Made by a program: the position numbers and the translations under genes. A DNA stretch of 63,013 bases, the filler included, from Chiloscyllium plagiosum (lineage: Eukaryota): assembly GCF_004010195.1 (NCBI RefSeq). It is 4 parts of one record of this genome, joined end to end, with 100 filler letters (N's around TTAATTAATTAA, not from the genome) between each part and the next. Parts side by side here need not be neighbours in the genome. Positions count along the whole stretch, not along the records: positions 43,157 to 59,878 come from NC_057710.1; positions 59,979 to 63,013 come from NC_057710.1; 2 more parts are not named here. The stretch is one strand, 5' to 3'. How positions within the stretch are numbered: position 1 is the first letter of the stretch; each line of letters starts with the position of its first letter. The notes below the pieces were generated by a model, which saw only the letters and a list, made by a program, of their open reading frames with translations, was not told the origin of the DNA and searched no databases. Shown here in pieces: positions 49,835-63,013 of this stretch.

Positions 49835-51535
49835 GTTTACTCACAGGATGTGGGCATTGCTGCCTGCGTCGCCATGTTTCAGTCATACCTAGTTGCCCTT
49901 GAGAAGGTGATAGTGAGCTGCTTCCTTGAGTTTACTTGGTGTATATATATTCACAGTGCTATTAACGAGGGAGTTCCGGGATTTTGACCCAGTAACACTG
50001 AAGGAACAATGATATATTTCCAAGTCAGAATGGTGTGTGGCTTAGAGGGAAACTTGTAGGTGATGGTGTTCCTATTTATCTACTGTCATTGCCCCTATTG
50101 GATGGTACTGGTTGTGAATTTGGAAGGACTAGTGCTATTTAAACATAGTGTTGTTGGAGCTACATGCATCCAGACAAATGGGGAGTATTCCATCACACTC
50201 CTGACTTGTGCCTTGTGGACAGCTTTGGAGGCCAGGAGGTAAGTTATTCACCGCAGTATTCCTAACCTCTGACCTGCTGTTGTAGCCACTGTGGTGATGT
50301 GGCAAGTCTGGTTGAGTTTCTGATCAATGATAACACCCCCCCTCCTCCTCAACATGTTATTAGTGGGGGATTCAATGATGGTATTGCTACTGAAAATCAG
50401 GGGGCAAAGGCCAGACTCTCTTGTTAGAGATGGTCATTGCCAGTCACGAGTGTCATAAATGTTGCTTGCCACTTGTCAACCTAAGCCTGGATATTGTCTA
50501 GATCTTGTTGCATTTGAACATAGACTGTGTCTGAGGTGCCATGAATGGTGCCAAACATTACTCAGTCATCGGTGAATTTTTGACCTTATGATGGAGGGAC
50601 GATAATTGATTAAGCAATTGAAGATGCTTGGGCTCAAGGCCACTACCTTGAGAAACTCCTGCAGAGATGTCCTGGAGCTGAGATGACTGACCTGAAAAAA
50701 TCACAAGCATGTTCATTTGTGTCAGCTGTGATTTCAACTCACATACAGTTTTCCCTTGCTCATCTCTAAATTGCCCAGACGCTCGTTAGGAGTCAACCAC
50801 ATTGCTATGGGTCTGGAGTCCCGTGTAAGCCAGTCCAGGTAAGGACAGCAGCTTCTTTTCCTAATTCGTGAACCAGATAGATTTTTCTGACAATCCAATG
50901 GTTTCATGGCCCTTGTTAGAATCTTAAGGAAAGGCATGTTAGTGGGCATAGCCCAGTGGGGTGCCATGACAGGATTCAAGCCTGGGTCCCCACAACATTA
51001 CCTGGGTATCTGGATTAAAGGTCTAGTGATATTACCACTATGCTATCACCTCCCCAGAATCTAGTTTTGTTAGGGCTCCTTGATACTACATTTGGCCACA
51101 TACGGCCTTAATGTCAGGGGCAACAATTCTCATCTCAGTCTGGAATTCAGCTCTTTTGTTCACATTTGAACCAAGGCTGTAATGAAGCCAGGGGCTGAGT
51201 GGCCTTGGTGGAACCCAAGCCGAGCATTAGTGAGCAGGATATTGTTGAGCAGGTGCTGCATGACAGTCCTGTTGATGACCCCTTTCATCACATTACTGAT
51301 GATCAAAAGTAAGCTAATAATTGGCAAGGTAATTGGCTGGGTTGGATTTGTCCTGATTTTTATGCACAGTTCATACCTGGGCAATTTTCCACATTGTCAG
51401 GTAGATACTTCTGGCTGAAGATTGTTACAAATGCCTTTTTACACTGATAGGCTGGGCACGCCCATCATTGAGGATAGCGATATTTGTGGAGCCTTCTCCA
51501 GTGAATTGTTTAATTGTGCTCCACCATTTATGCAG
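49835..51535 (-). mobile_element. Older CR1-like LINE RT/3' region with a nested old SINE (~50735-51055)
   Basis: QPITLPIISLLLIISNVMKGVIN...LGFHQGHSAPGFITALVQ; same family as 20345-21020. Confidence 0.78.
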
Positions 51536-53379
51536 TTTGATGAGGATGAGGTCAGATATGTTTTCCCTCTTGTATTCCTCACCAGCTGCCAAATACCTCT
51601 TTTGACCAGCTTGGTCCATATTAAGGAGCCTAAAGTTAAATGTGCATGCACTTCTGTGTTGATAAATCTATATCAAGAAAGTGTGAATGCACATTCTTTT
51701 TTAAAAAAGTTTGACTTTTCCAGGTTTTAAAAATTCTTATTGTGCCAAGCAAATGGGTGAAGGAGCAAAGGTATTTCACATGTTCACTTCATTTTATGAT
51801 TCAAGAAGGTTTAAGGTTGTTCTCTTTGTTTTATAAGTAGAACATGGAACAATGTTAGTGGCACTAAATTCTTTACTGGGGAGATGAGTTTAAGCACACC
51901 AACACAAGCAGTATTACTTCATGGCCAACATGTCTGCCATCTGTATTGTCAGCTAGGCTGTTTGCAACTGTCGTTATGGATCTGGTCTGGAATATATTGC
52001 GAAAGAACAAATATTTCTCCATAGCTTCAGAAATCTCAGCATTCCAGAATCAAATTCAGCCTCCAGATCCTGTTATTAATTCAATCAGTTATATCCATTC
52101 ATTTGAAAACCTGTTCAGCATTGCACAGAAAGCTGAAAAAATTAGTGATGGTTCAAATTCTGACATGATTAATCTAATGACTGCTTGTACATGCCTAACA
52201 ATTCCTCAGGATCCTTGTCTCTACCTTGATTCTTGTACTTTGGAAGTTAATTCATCCATGACTTGTGTGCCTTGGTATGGTCACTTGAAGTAATTGTTGG
52301 TATCATTGATGGCCTTTGTGTAGCTGGTTCATTTTTGGAATGCATCAGGCTTTGCCAACAGGAATTGCCTCAGTACTTACCCTCATAGTACCTGAGATAC
52401 ACAGTCACTTATTTAACTTATTTGACATATGTACAATGCTATTTACGACTGCTATAAGATAGCAAACAGTGTTGGTTGTGTAAATTAATTGCAGCTTGTT
52501 GATCTTATGTAAATCATCAGCTTTTTCCATTTGTCACAGTTAGGCAGGGCGTGCTAGAGCTAAGCTAACAGATCTAACTTGCTGATCTGAGCAGGAGCAA
52601 CCATTCTCCTCAACAACTGAATGAGTGGCAAAAGGCCATTTCCATTCAGCACGTCAAAAGATTGAGAAATTCTGATGGGTTAGCTGCAGAGACACCAGAA
52701 AATAATTGTAAATGATAATCCAATTGAATTTTAAAAGCCAGTAGATTGTAGGAAGTGAAGGCTGAAGGGCTGAATTAAAAACAGATACCACCATAAATAA
52801 TCAGAAGGCCTAGCAGCATCAGTGGAGAGTAACAGAGTTAATATTTCAGGTTGATGATGACCCGTTTTATACATCTTCTGCAATATTTTGCTTTGTAAGA
52901 CTGAAGGGCTAATGGGTTTCACAATCTTAAGGATCTCGTAAAGTAGACTAAAAGCCAGCACATTGAGGATACAAAGTGGTAGTAGGAGAAAATTGTCTAA
53001 CATATCAGACTTTATGTTGAGGAGGAGCAAGAGAAAGAGATTTAGAAAAGCTGTGATCATCCTCCCCATTAAATAGCAAGAAAGGTTGCTATTAAGAGGG
53101 TGTTGAAGGCCACAAGGAACAATTAAATCATCCATCAGGCCACAATTGCAATTATATCAGAATTCAGCAACAACAATTTGTATTGATATTATATTTTTAA
53201 TCTAGTAAATTGTACTAGATTAAAATTGACAAAATATCTGACGTTGTACCTTGTAAGAAGACAGCACAACAGCTGAACAGGATCTTGGTAAAAGAAGTAA
53301 ATTTTTTTAGAGCAATAGAGAGTTTACGGCAAGGACAGCTGAATGGATGTCCGTTAATTATGGAATGAAGGCCACGGTG

Positions 53380-53722
53380 GGCGGCACGGTGGCCCAGTGG
53401 TTGTGGGCGGCACGGTGTCCCAGTGGTTAGCACTGCTGCCTCACAGCGCCAGAGACCTGGGTTCAATTCCCGCCTCTGGCGACTGTCTGTGTGGAGTTTG
53501 CACGTTCTCCCCATGTCTGTGTGGGTTTCCTCCGGGTGCTCCGGTTTCCTCCCACAGTCCAAAGATGTGCAGGTCAGGTGAATTGGCCATGCTAAATTGC
53601 CCGTAGTGTTAGGTAAGGGATAAATGTAGGGGTATGGGTGGGTTGCGCTTCGGCGGGTCGGTGTGGACGTGTTGGGCCGAAGGGCCTGTTTCCACACTGT
53701 AATGTAATCTAATCTAATCTAA
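53380..53722 (+). mobile_element. HE1 SINE with a duplicated 5' head
   Basis: GGGCGGCACGGTG..CCAGTGGTT occurs twice (53380, 53405); full core; (CTAAT)n tail. Confidence 0.93.
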
Positions 53723-53929
53723 AGGCAATTAGATTGAACAAAGGGCAGAATGGATCAAACATAGAAATTTCCCGAAGGTTGTAAGGTTGAGTTTTCGATA
53801 TGGAGGGATTTGATCTCAGGACGAGAATTTTAAATTCGGAGCATTGCAGGAACAGTAGTCACTGTAGGGTGCTGGGTGAACAGGATTTAATGTGAATTAC
53901 AATGTGGACAGCAAGGTTGTTTCAGCTCA

Positions 53930-54252
53930 ACGATGTTTCCATTAGTAGAGTCTAGGACCCAAGGGCACAGCCTCAGAATGAAGGGATAACCATGTAGAAC
54001 TGAAATGAGGAGGAATGTCTTCAGCCAAGAGGGTGGTTAACCTGTGAAACTTATTGCAGCAAAGGAATGTGGAAGCCAAGTTATTCAATGTATTTAAAAC
54101 AGATATATAGGTTCTTGATTGGTAATGGTATCAAGGATTATGGGAAGAAGGCAGGAGAATGGGGTTGAGAAATGTATCAGCCATGATTGAATGGCAGAGT
54201 AGACTTAATGGGTCAAATGACCTAATTCTGCACCTTTTATGTTATGGTCTTA
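53930..54252 (+). mobile_element. CR1 3' end
   Basis: MFPLVESRTQGHSLR-like remnant and 'atcagccatgattgaatgg'. Confidence 0.82.
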
Positions 54253-54990
54253 TACCAAACACCTCTATACCCAAAACTCATTCCTGTGCCCGGGAATAAT
54301 CTCACAGGGTTTTGGTATGGAATAAAATTAATGTTATTCCTTCTACTGTGAACAGAATAGCTTCATTACTTTTCAATGGAGAGGGAGCACGCTATTGGGG
54401 TACGCGAATGGAGCACCACCATGGGAGATATCTGTGAGCATCAGAGACACCATTATGAGTGAGAATGCCAAAAGGGTTGAAGCATAACACATAATTGGAC
54501 AGGCCCTGCTCCTCACTGTCCCTCAACATCCCTTCATACCCACCTTGAAATCCCGCCAACCTCTGGTTCTGGCAGAATTCTATCTCCTGGAATAAATACT
54601 ACCTTATAAGTTAGGCATTACTAATGTCATGATGTGAGCATTTTAGTAGGTTAGATACTGGCCTTCCATTTCTCTGTTAGTTTTAAACTGTTAAATCCTT
54701 GTAACTTCACAAAGAAGCATTTTGGAAATCTTTTGAATTGAAGGTGTTGTGGGAGTGATGAATTGTAGCACCTAATGCTCTATATCCCAGTGTCCTTATA
54801 AAACTGAAAAGATGCTGCTCTATCTGCATAAAGAGGACTTACACCCAGTATTCAAAGTATATGAAAGTTATGGAGCAGTTCCGAGGTGCACTATATGAGA
54901 ATGTGATGAGTTGAAAGTTAACTCTTTTCCTTCATCTAAATCCAGATTTCAGCAGCAGTGATCTAGGGATTTGTACCAAATCTTTTCCCA

Positions 54991-55870
54991 GATCTGGAGA
55001 TGCCATTGTTGGACTGGGGTGTACAAAGTTAAGTTATAGTCCAACAGGTTTAATTGGAAGCACTAGCTTTCGAAGGGCCACTCCTTCACCAGGCGGTTGT
55101 GGAGGACACAATTGTAAGACACAGAATTTATAGCAAAGCTTTACAATGTGATGTAACTGAAATTATACATTGAAAAATACCTTGATTGTTTAAGTCTCTC
55201 ATCTGTTAGAATGACCATGATAGTTTCACTTCTTTCGTATGTAAATCATAAAACTTTTTTAAAAAGTTACATTCTGAGGTTAACTTTAACAATTGGTGTC
55301 AGCGCAGATAAGATGTTGAGATGTTGAAGGTGTTAGCCCCCTGTGTTCCCTGTCTGTGCCACAAACACACACACACACACGCATATACGTTTGTGGGATG
55401 AATTTGTACTTGCAGAGTTACATTGTATTTTGCTCAAAAACTGCATGAATCCATGTGACACTCTGTTAACTCACTTTTTAGATTAGAATCAGTCTAAACA
55501 TTATGGCGCAGACAGGGAACACAAGGGGCTAACACTTTCACCATCTCAACATCTTATTTGGGTTGACACCAATTGTTACAATTAACCTGAGAATGTAACT
55601 TTTAAAAAAATTTTTGTGATTTACATATGAAAGAAGTGAAACTATCATGGTCATTCTAACAGATGAGAGACTTAACAAACAATCAAAGTATTTTTCAATG
55701 TATAATTTCAGTTACATCACACTGTAAACTTTTGCTATAAATTCTGTGTCTTATAATTGTGTCCTCCACAACCACCTGGTGAGGAGCGGCGCTCCGAAAG
55801 CTAGTGCTTCCAATTAAACCTGTTGGACTATAACCTGGTGTTGTGTAATTTGTAACATTCTCCAGATCAA
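54991..55870. mobile_element. Penelope-derived fold-back element with ~330-bp inverted arms
   Basis: 55033-55361 is the reverse complement of ~55503-55834. The ~140-bp spacer contains (CA)n, and each arm has a hammerhead-like core. Confidence 0.8.
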
Positions 55871-56579
55871 TATACAGCATTAACATCATTCTAGGATTGC
55901 ATTTAGGATGACCAAGAAGACATTGAAAACAGTCTTTGTTTTTGTTGGATCTTATCATTCACCATTTTCTTTCTTCTGCTAATTTCTTCTCAAATCTATT
56001 ACCACTTGGCTTAAAAACAGAAAATTGCTTAATCACCACAATCTGCATGTTCTTCACTGCTACATTTTAAAAGCATTGTGCTGGGCTTTGATGATTAAAT
56101 TCTTCTTTATACAGCAGTTAATGTTTTTATATGATTTATTACCTGATTATTTTATTACTTAGATGACTGCAGAACTAAACTACAAGGAAACCTAAAGCAC
56201 CATCTCATTCGATAAATATTCTGAGACCAGCTGAGCTGATGTCAAGTTGAGACTGAGTTTGGCTTAGGCAGCTCAGTGGGACTGCATTTTGGAATAATTG
56301 GCTCCATAGTAGTGACTGGCCTGTGATTTTCCAAGCATCACATTCTCAAACTCACAAGCACAGTTTTTGGAGTGAGGAGATGTGATAAGGTTCATGAACA
56401 CTTCTCTTGAAGGAAGAAAAATTGGAAGGATTACTGTGAGCTTTAATTTTACACTGAAACAGTTAGTTAAATATTATTAAATATTTGAGAGCAGGGCCTT
56501 GGCTTTCTCTGGTTACAGAGAATGTCATGTGTTCTTAACAACAGTGAGGCACTGAAATGCAAGGCTTCACTTTAAAAAA

Positions 56580-57955
56580 AGAACAAAGAACAATGCAGCC
56601 CACCAATCAGGCACCAATTCCTAGCCCCTATGTAGACCCACACATGGTTTCTGACCCTATGTTCACCTCCCGTTCATGTGTTTATCAAGATTGGCCTTAA
56701 ACATTGCTAATGTGCCTGCCTCCACCACTTCCACAGGCACTGCATTCCACTGCATCACCCTCTTGTGAAACATTTTCCCTCAACTTTTCCCCCTAAACTT
56801 TCTCCCTCCCACCTTGCAGTTGATCTTTCCACCCTGGGAAAAAGACTCTGAAAATCCCCCCTATCTATGCCTCTCATAATTTTGTATCGCTCTATCAGGT
56901 TGCCCCTCCAGTGAAAACAATCAGAGTTTATTCAACCTCTCCTCATACGTAAAATCCTCCAGACCAGGCAACATCCTGGTAAACCTTCACTGCATCATGT
57001 ATAAAATTGAAGTTTTATACAGCTCTAACATAACTTGACAACTTTTATATTCGATGCCCTGGCTGATGAAGCTTCAATTGAGAAGTTATTAAATTTCTAA
57101 ATAGCTGCCTAATGCAGAGCAAGAGCCTTCAAACAGGTTTCTCTTTACAACTGTATTTCCAATAAACTATTGCATGTGAAAGTGTGTCAGATTTTGGTGT
57201 TTAACAAAGTTATGGAAATGTAGGGACAGGAGTGGGAGGGTTATGTAGCCCCTTGAACTTGTTCTGCCATTCAGTAAGATCATGGCTGATCTGTGGTCTA
57301 ACCTCCATATACCTTCCTTTGCTTATATCCCTTAATACCTTTGCTTAACAAAAAAAAATCTGTTGCCAATTTAAAATTAAAAATGACCTAGCATCATTTT
57401 TAATTTTAGCTGCTTGTGGAAAAGAGTTCCAAACCTGTACTAAACTTTGTATATAGAAGTGCTTCCTAATATCTCTTCTGTACGGTCTGGCCTGAGTTCT
57501 GAGGCTAGACTGCCTAGTTCTAGAATCCCTAACTAATGGAAATAGTTTATCTTTATCTACTTTGTTTTTTCCTGTTAATTTCTTGAAAACTTAATCAGAT
57601 GACTCCTTAACCTTCTCGCCTGTGTTCTATTCCCAACAAGGCTACTATCCTTCCGATGGTGTGATGCCCAGATCTGCTTTCAGTACTCCATGTCAGATCT
57701 AATCAGTGTTTTGCATAGCTGCAGCATAACCTCTGCATCCTTATGTTCCAGTCCTTCAGATATAAGGGCCAGCATTCCATTAGCTTTCTTGATTATTTTC
57801 TGCATCTGCTTGTGTCATTTTAAAGACACCAGAATCTCCACGTCTCTTTGGACATCCACTGTATTTGGCTTCATACCGTCCAGAAAGTATCCTGATCTAT
57901 CCTTTTTCAGTCTCCAAAATTGATAGCCTCACATTTGCTTACATTGAAATCCGTC
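56580..57955 (-). mobile_element. Two decayed CR1 3' ends (~56580-57070 and ~57215-57955)
   Basis: Reverse-strand CR1 3'UTR motifs (gatcatggctgat, gaacaaagaac tail). Confidence 0.75.
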
Positions 57956-59029
57956 TCAACTAAGAAGCAAAAATATTTGGCACAAAGAAACAAGCCATTG
58001 TATCTAAGCTGCTTCATTGCTGGGTCAGTCTGAAGTGAAGATTACAGCCTGGTTTTCTTCCAATAGTTCTGAGTTTTGAGTTTTCCTTTGTTTCAAATAC
58101 TTATCCAGTTTTCCCTTAATTACTGGCACTGGTAAAACACATCATGTTCCTACAATTCTCAGTAAACATATTTCTCTTAAAATTTCTCCCCATTTGTCTG
58201 GTGACAATGTTAAGTTCTAAGACCAGTCACCAAAGTTTTTTTTCCCTACAATTTAGCACACACCTTTATAAGGTAAAACTAAAATTATATCAAATCTCTA
58301 CTTTGCCTTATATGTCCTGATAGTGATGGAATGTCAATTCCTATTCTCCTCCTACTTCCTCATTCTGTTGAATCTGTGATATGCACTAAATAGAATTACA
58401 TAACTTTTTTGATTACACAAGTTATGAGCATGTCTGGCTTGGCCAACATTCGTTTCTCATTCCTAATTGCTGTTGAGAAGGTGATGGTGAGGTACCTTCT
58501 TGAACCACTGCATTATGTGTCATGTAAAATTGGATAACAATGTTGCTGAGACTTGTTGATACTGGCTGTCTATTCTGTTCCCCTCAGTCACAATATTTCC
58601 AACTTCCATATGTATGCTGAAGATACCAAATTTTATTTTGTCATCACCACCCCCAGCTTCTACTGACTGCACCCTTCTCTGTACCATCCTGCGGTACAGC
58701 TCTTCATTGTTGTGGCTGTATACTTTGAAATTCCATCCTTCCATTATATTGCATCATTCCTCACCTTCAGAGAACTTCTGAAAACCCGGTACTTCAGCTA
58801 TGCATTTCCTCCAGTTTTATCCAAATTCTATCAGTGGCCTAACCTGTCCCCTTTGGGCATCACTTGGGCAATATATTGAAGTGGTATAAGTGTAAATTTT
58901 CAGCATGTATTATTGTGAGTTTCTGAAAACTGGCTCCATCCCTGTGCAGTCATTTTTCTGTAGTTTTTATTGAACTGGACCCCTCATGCCATCTCATGTT
59001 ATGCTCCTGGCTGATGATAATACTGGAAA

Positions 59030-59530
59030 GGCTGCACTGATATTGGAGGTAGTTCAGAAGTGTTCGTTAACCTGATTTCTAGGATGGAGGGCTTGACTAA
59101 TCAAGATCGGCTGATCAGGTTAGGCCTTTATTATTTAGTGTTTAGAAAAATGAGGGATGATCTTATTGAAACATGCAAGATTTTGAGGCATCTTGATAAG
59201 GTAGATGTTGAGATGTTTCCACTAGTGGAAGAATCTCCAACTAGGGGATATAGTTACAGAATATCGGGATATTCATTTAATACTGAGATGCAAAGAAATT
59301 TTTTTCTCCCAGAGGGTAATGAATTCTCTACTCCAGATAGTTGTGGAGGCTACATCACTGACTAGTATTTAAAGAGGAAGTCGAGAATATTTTGAAATAT
59401 TGAGAAGTTGAAGACTGTGAGGACATATTATGAAAAAGAGGAATTGCTACCTAGGACAGATCAGCCATGATCTAATACATGGTGAGGCAGACTTGAAAGG
59501 ATATATCCTATCTCCTATTTAATATGTTCT
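59030..59530 (+). mobile_element. CR1 3' end
   Basis: RLIRLGLYYLVFRKMRDDLIETCKI...TRGYSYRI. Confidence 0.87.
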
Positions 59531-59724
59531 TATTGCATTTCTCTCCTTGAATGTGTTGTTGCTTCCCAAAACAATTACCATTTTGCTGCAACTGGAGGCC
59601 TGAATCTCTTCAAACCAGTTTCTTCCCAGATCAGAAGTAATGAGTTTTTTGAATAAGATAATGTTAAACTATCTTTAATCACAATTCTTTACCTATCTTC
59701 TGCCTTTTGCACAGTTGATGATAG

Positions 59725-60235
59725 TGGTGCTGGAAAAGCACAGCAGTTCAGGCAGCATCCGAGGAGCAGTAAAATCAACGTTTCGGGCAAGACCCCTTCA
59801 TCAGGAATACAGGCAGAGAGCCTGAAGGGTGGAGAGATAAGTGAGAGGAGGGTGGGGGTGGGGAGAAATTAGCATAGANNNNNNNNNNNNNNNNNNNNNN
59901 NNNNNNNNNNNNNNNNNNNNNNTTAATTAATTAANNNNNNNNNNNNNNNNNNNNNNNNNNNNNNNNNNNNNNNNNNNNAGGGCTGGGAGCTGGGATCTGG
60001 TGTGGCTAAGGAGCTGGGAGTAGGGTCAGAGCCAGTACCTGGAGTGGGTGTGATGGTGGGGGGAAAGGGGGTGGAGGCATGAGCAGGGATAGTGCTCCCC
60101 TCAGGGTTCTGGGGGGTAGGGATAGTGACAGTGGGGTCTGTGGGAGGCGTGTCAGCAGAATGCAGGTGAGTGGCGCTGGTGGGGGCGGAAGTGGTTTGTG
60201 TTTATCATGAAGGAAGACATGAACTGTGATCTTTG
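59725..60235 (-). mobile_element. Penelope-like element: tail (59725-59878) and probable GC-rich internal piece beyond the join
   Basis: Reverse complement of the tail type at 1-226, with CTGATGA...CCCGAAACGTTG. Linkage across the linker is uncertain. Confidence 0.6.
59879..59978. other. Artificial scaffold linker
   Basis: N44-TTAATTAATTAA-N44. Confidence 0.95.
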
Positions 60236-60274
60236 GGAGGCTAGTTGTGATATCTTGGTACAGTCCATATCCCA

Positions 60275-60842
60275 GTAGAGATGCTGTTGGACATATTAGA
60301 ATGCATAAAGTCAGATAAATCTCTTGGTCCTGACCAGATATATCTAAGCGCACTGCTAGAGGCGAGAGAAGACAGTTCAGGGGCCAAGGTCCCAGAAGAC
60401 TGGGCAGTAGCAAATGTTGTGTCCTTATTCAGAAGGGCTGCAAAGAAAACCTTGGAAATATAGACCAGTAAGCTTGACATCTGTTTTCGGTAAACTACTT
60501 GTGAAGGTTCTGAGATATGAGATATGCATGCATTTGGAAAGACAGAGTTTGACTTGGAACAGTCAGCATAGCTTTGTGCATGGCAGATCATGCCTTACAA
60601 ATTTTGTTCGAGTTTTTTGAGGAAGTGACAAGGAAAGTTGTTGAGGGCAGGGTGGTGGACATAGTCTATACGGATTTCAGTAAGGCCTTTGATAAGATTC
60701 CACATGAAAGACCGCTCTGGAAGGTTAGATCGCATGGACTCCAAGGTAAACTGGCAAACTGGCAACACAATTGGCTTAACATTATGAAGCAAATGGCTAT
60801 GGTGGAGGTATGCTTGTCGAACTGGAGGCCTGTGACCAGTGC
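60275..60842 (+). mobile_element. CR1 RT fragment
   Basis: DKSLGPD, YRPVSLTSVFGKLL, GRSCLTN, DFSKAFDKIPH. Confidence 0.9.
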
Positions 60843-60994
60843 TGCGAGCCTGTCCCGTCGCCACCATCCTTAACTTCCTTGTAAACTGCCACATGATCAG
60901 AAATGGCTATGTTCCCAATTCTACAAAACAGCACTGAATTCAAAAAGGCCAATGGGGCAAAAACATGTCAATCCTAGTCTGGCACTTATGTGGG

Positions 60995-61265
60995 TTAGTT
61001 AAAAAGGCGAAGTACTGACCCTTAGAGTGAACCATCTCCACACATCCATGAGGCACAACTCCCTGTTTAGATCCACCAGCTGCCTGGATTGCAGGAAAAT
61101 ATCCTCAAGAACCCTAAACATGCTATCCACCTTGGGATCCAGATGTCGGTTAAAGTCTCCCCCTATAATTGTATGACGCCCTCCAAGGTACATTAACCTG
61201 GAGAGCGCATCTGTTAAAAATTTCAGGGGTGTTCCAGGGGCAAGATGGAGGACAGGAAACAATTT
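60995..61265 (-). mobile_element. L1/Tx1-type LINE endonuclease fragment
   Basis: IIGGDFNRHLDPKVD...LNRELCLMDVWR. Confidence 0.7.
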
Positions 61266-61379
61266 TGGCTGTAAGAGCTGCTCCTTTTTTTGAGGTGTTT
61301 TCGGTGGTAGAGATTATATCCTCGAATTCCAGGAACAGCAATTATTGTTTTATGATGTTGCATTGTTTTGGAATTTTGG

Positions 61380-63013
61380 GGGAAAAAAGTCAAAATAACA
61401 GCAGTTTAAAAAGGGAGAAGTACAGACAAAGGAAGCACGTGGTGAGGACACTGCAGGGGAGAGAGAGAGAAAAAAAACCTACACAGTTATTGTCTTTGTT
61501 ATTTTTTAATTCATGTATTGCTGGACATCGGAGTGCATCTGGGAAAATTAACAAACAGTGAATTTCACGACTAATCTTGGAGAAGCCTGTTTGGGTGAAG
61601 TTCACAACACAGAATCAGATAAGTTAATCGTGGTTTTAAGTCTGTCCAGTAGAAAGGCTGCAGTAGTGACTGCAGTGGGTTCATTCTTGATTATATGTTT
61701 TTAGAGATAAGTATCTTGATTAAACTTGAAATATAAGCCATAGCTATTAATTTAACCTGGGGCAGTGTTTGTAGAGGGACTTATCTATTTTCACTTTTTC
61801 CAGGATTTCCAACACCTCTTCTCTACATACCTCACAGCCATCCATTCTACTTATTTGTGACTCAGTATTCACATCGACGACAATGCCCTGTTCCTGAGTA
61901 AATACTGAAGAAAAGTATTCATTCAGTGTCTCCCCAATCTCATCCGCCTCCACACGGTGTTATTTTCTGGGTCTGTAGATTTTGAAGAACCAAAAATGGC
62001 CTTTGCAGTGTTATGTACTTCTTGTCAGATGTTGTTGGATGCTGTTGAATGCGAATCTTATCGGATCGAGTGAATCGGTTGGAGAGACAGATAGAAGCGA
62101 TGACGAATTTGCAACAGCAACAGTCTGTGATGGATGGCAGTTATAGGAAAGGGAGAAGTCTCAGATACAGTCACATAGACACGTTAACTCCAGGAAGTTT
62201 AAGAGAGATAGGGACCTGGGCAGGAGTCCATTGTGGATATACCCATTTCAAACAGGAGTGCTATTTTGGAAAATGTAGGGGGTGATGGATTCTCAGGGGA
62301 ACGTAGCATGAACAGCCAAGTTTCTGGTACTGAGACTGGCTCTAATGCAACGCGGGGTACGTCAGCTTCCAAGAGATCAATTGTGTTAGGGGATTCTGTA
62401 GTCTGAAGTACAGACAGACGTTTCTCTGGCCAGCAGAGAAAAAGCAGAATGATGTGTTGTTTCCCTGGTGCCAGAATCAAGGATGTCTCAGAGAGGGTGT
62501 AAAATGTTCTCACGGGGGAGAGGGGCCAGCAAGAGGTCATTGTCCACATTAAAACCAACGATATAGGAAGGGAAAAGTTGAGATTCTGGAGGAGATTACA
62601 GAGAGTTAGGCATAAATTTAAAGAGGAGGTGCTTAGGCGTAGTAATATCTGGATTACTCCCAGTTCTACGAGCTAGTGAGGGCAGGAATAGGAGGATAGA
62701 GCAGATGAATACATGGCTGAGGAGATGGTGTATGAGAGAACGATTCACATTTTTGGATCATTGGAATCTCTTTTGTGTAGGAGTAACCTGTACAAGAAGG
62801 ACGTTTTGCATCTAAATTGAAAGGGGACTAATTGCTGGCAGGGGAAATTTGCTAGAACTGCTCGAGAGGATTTAAACTAATAAGGTGGGGGGGGGGGGGG
62901 GGTGGGACCCAAGGAGATAGTGAGGAAAGAGATTGGTCTGAGACGGGTACAGCTGAGAACAGAAGTGAGTCAAACAGTCAGGGCAGGCAGGGACAAGGTA
63001 GGACTAATAAATT
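61380..63013 (+). mobile_element. CR1 5'UTR and ORF1 (same family as 2140-6310), interrupted by a reversed CR1 piece at ~61775-61955
   Basis: ORF1 start MAFAVLCTSCQM at ~61997; VLGDSVV and VHIKTND motifs; 62050-63013 aligns with 2145-3115. Confidence 0.85.

Noticed and set aside
51946..53135. ORFs of 115 and 134 aa
   Set aside because: Non-ATG or weak starts, no domain similarity, and partial overlap with repeat remnants.

Overview
Repeat-rich eukaryotic DNA from a cartilaginous fish (shark-type HE1 SINEs, CR1/HER1-type LINEs, Penelope-like elements), from a gapped draft assembly. There are three artificial N44-TTAATTAATTAA-N44 joins and two sized N gaps. The only host gene recognised is the last coding exon of ZBTB7C (minus strand, 35108-35744); its large upstream BTB exon is not visible, so the right ~27 kb is probably intron. 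The most notable object is a minus-strand gamma/epsilon-like endogenous retrovirus (about 14584-20260). Its gag (PPPY late domain, capsid start motif) is separated from pol by a single in-frame TGA. Its open pol carries a 2H-phosphoesterase-like domain (two HVTL motifs) between protease and reverse transcriptase. Its 5' region holds twin stem-loops and about 21 tandem 43-bp CpG-rich units. Other observations: minimal hammerhead-ribozyme motifs in Penelope-like repeats, two Penelope-derived fold-back elements, a CR1 copy with a 355-bp inverted duplication plus a captured SINE head, a solo LTR with a near-perfect target-site duplication, and a possible intronic RFX-type promoter. All family assignments come from motif recognition by eye, not database searches, and repeat boundaries are approximate.
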